DNA of 64,000 nucleotides from Basidiobolus meristosporus CBS 931.73 (lineage: Eukaryota > Fungi > Basidiobolomycota). The translations under genes and the position numbers were made by a program. The stretch lies in contig MCFE01000187.1 of assembly GCA_002104905.1 (NCBI GenBank), forward strand, positions 62,001 through 126,000, given 5' to 3'. The notes below the pieces were generated by a model. It was not told the origin of the DNA. It saw nothing but the letters and a program-made list of their open reading frames with translations, and did not search any database. This document shows, piece after piece, positions 63,094 through 64,000 of this stretch. Numbering within the stretch: the first letter of the stretch is position 1; each line of letters begins with the position of its first letter.

Positions 63094-64000
63094 AGACTTG
63101 TTCCATCGTACCGTGCCAGGGCATGCAGCGCGATCCGCGGTCGCAAAGAACAACTGGGCGCGATATTATAGCTACCAGAAGGCAGGATCGTTCTTGGACG
63201 ATTTTGCACTATGCGGGACAATCTTGCACACTATGGCACAATCTGACACAATGAGGTTGGCGCGGATGATCGCGCCAACTCGTAATGCTTGCATCACATG
63301 CGCAATTGGATACCGCTATAATGGCAGGTAAAATCCGGTATTTGAATATGTTTCTTTAATGTAAATGGAAATAAATGTGTATCACACTATAAACTACACT
63401 GATACTTACCAATTTGGTTACCCTCACTCCAATTGGACGGTATCTCAGTGGTTAATTGGTCCAAAAGTATCCTGAAGCTGGCAGCCCCCAATTGGCTCAT
63501 TGACTACTGAAAAAGCTACCTGATTTGCCATCAAATATCCCATTTTGCCCATTGAGCAAGTAAATCCCTGATCCTAGTGATTGGGCAAGGTGTCATAGCT
63601 AGCACGCAAGCAATCGTGTAGGTGCAAAACAGATCCAATAGCTGCACTGGTATTACAGTTGACGTATATATATGCAGGGTGTTTATTTATAGGGGTTCTG
63701 TCTCAAATGTGAGACGACCTTGATATTACCTATATCAAAAATTTGATGATCACTGATTTGCGATGGCTCAATTTGGATCGCAAAAAAAAAGGGTTGTCGG
63801 GATCATTACAAATGTGAGCGATTCAAAGCAATCACATCATCTTCTCCTGGGTTTTTTTCTCACAGGGATTACTACTGAAGCATTTGGTAGTGACTCACTT
63901 TGCACACCTATACTACTTCCTGGCTGACTATCATCTTGGCTACTTGTGTATTCGTAGTCAGTATTTTGCCTCCTAGTTGATGAGTGCAATGCTGCAGCTT
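63094..64000 (+). mobile_element. Younger, CpG-retaining long copy of the AGACTTGTT-TIR element; runs off the right edge
   Basis: ATT then AGACTTGTTCC at 63094; collinear with the reverse complement of 47480..48190; inserted in the copia remnant. Confidence 0.82.

Noticed and set aside
15036-63331. The many 60-170 aa ORFs as host genes
   Set aside because: They are fragments or antisense shadows of the transposase, ORF2, gag-pol or LTR sequence, and they recur with the repeats.
1-64000. tRNA or rRNA genes
   Set aside because: None recognised by eye. The only tRNA-related sequence is the retroelement PBS. tRNAscan-SE was not run.

Overview
Eukaryotic, most likely fungal, DNA in two sharply different parts. 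(1) 1-14386: the 3' part of one very large intron-containing NRPS gene. It runs off the left edge; about 4744 aa lie in the window after splicing two ~75-nt GT-AG introns. Domain order is E(partial)-C-A-T-E-C-A-T-C-A-T-E-TE, with near-identical internal module segments. (2) ~14600-64000: a CpG-depleted transposon graveyard with no recognisable host gene. It holds one intact, very young Ty3/gypsy element (32019-36956, identical 368-bp LTRs, single 1377-aa gag-pol ORF) plus decayed relatives. It also holds several copies of a ~5-6 kb CACTA/CMC-type DNA transposon (CCCTATG...CATAGGG ends, tnp2-type transposase and a divergent unknown ORF2), seven solo LTRs of two related families whose 4-bp target duplications all trace back to N-CG-N, a TIR family (AGACTTGTT ends, AWT target) including a 733-bp foldback, Ty1/copia RT scraps, and AT-rich tandem repeats. 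All alignments were done by eye. Junctions, TSDs and splice sites were indexed base by base; remnant and domain boundaries are approximate. Taxon and product assignments are inference only.
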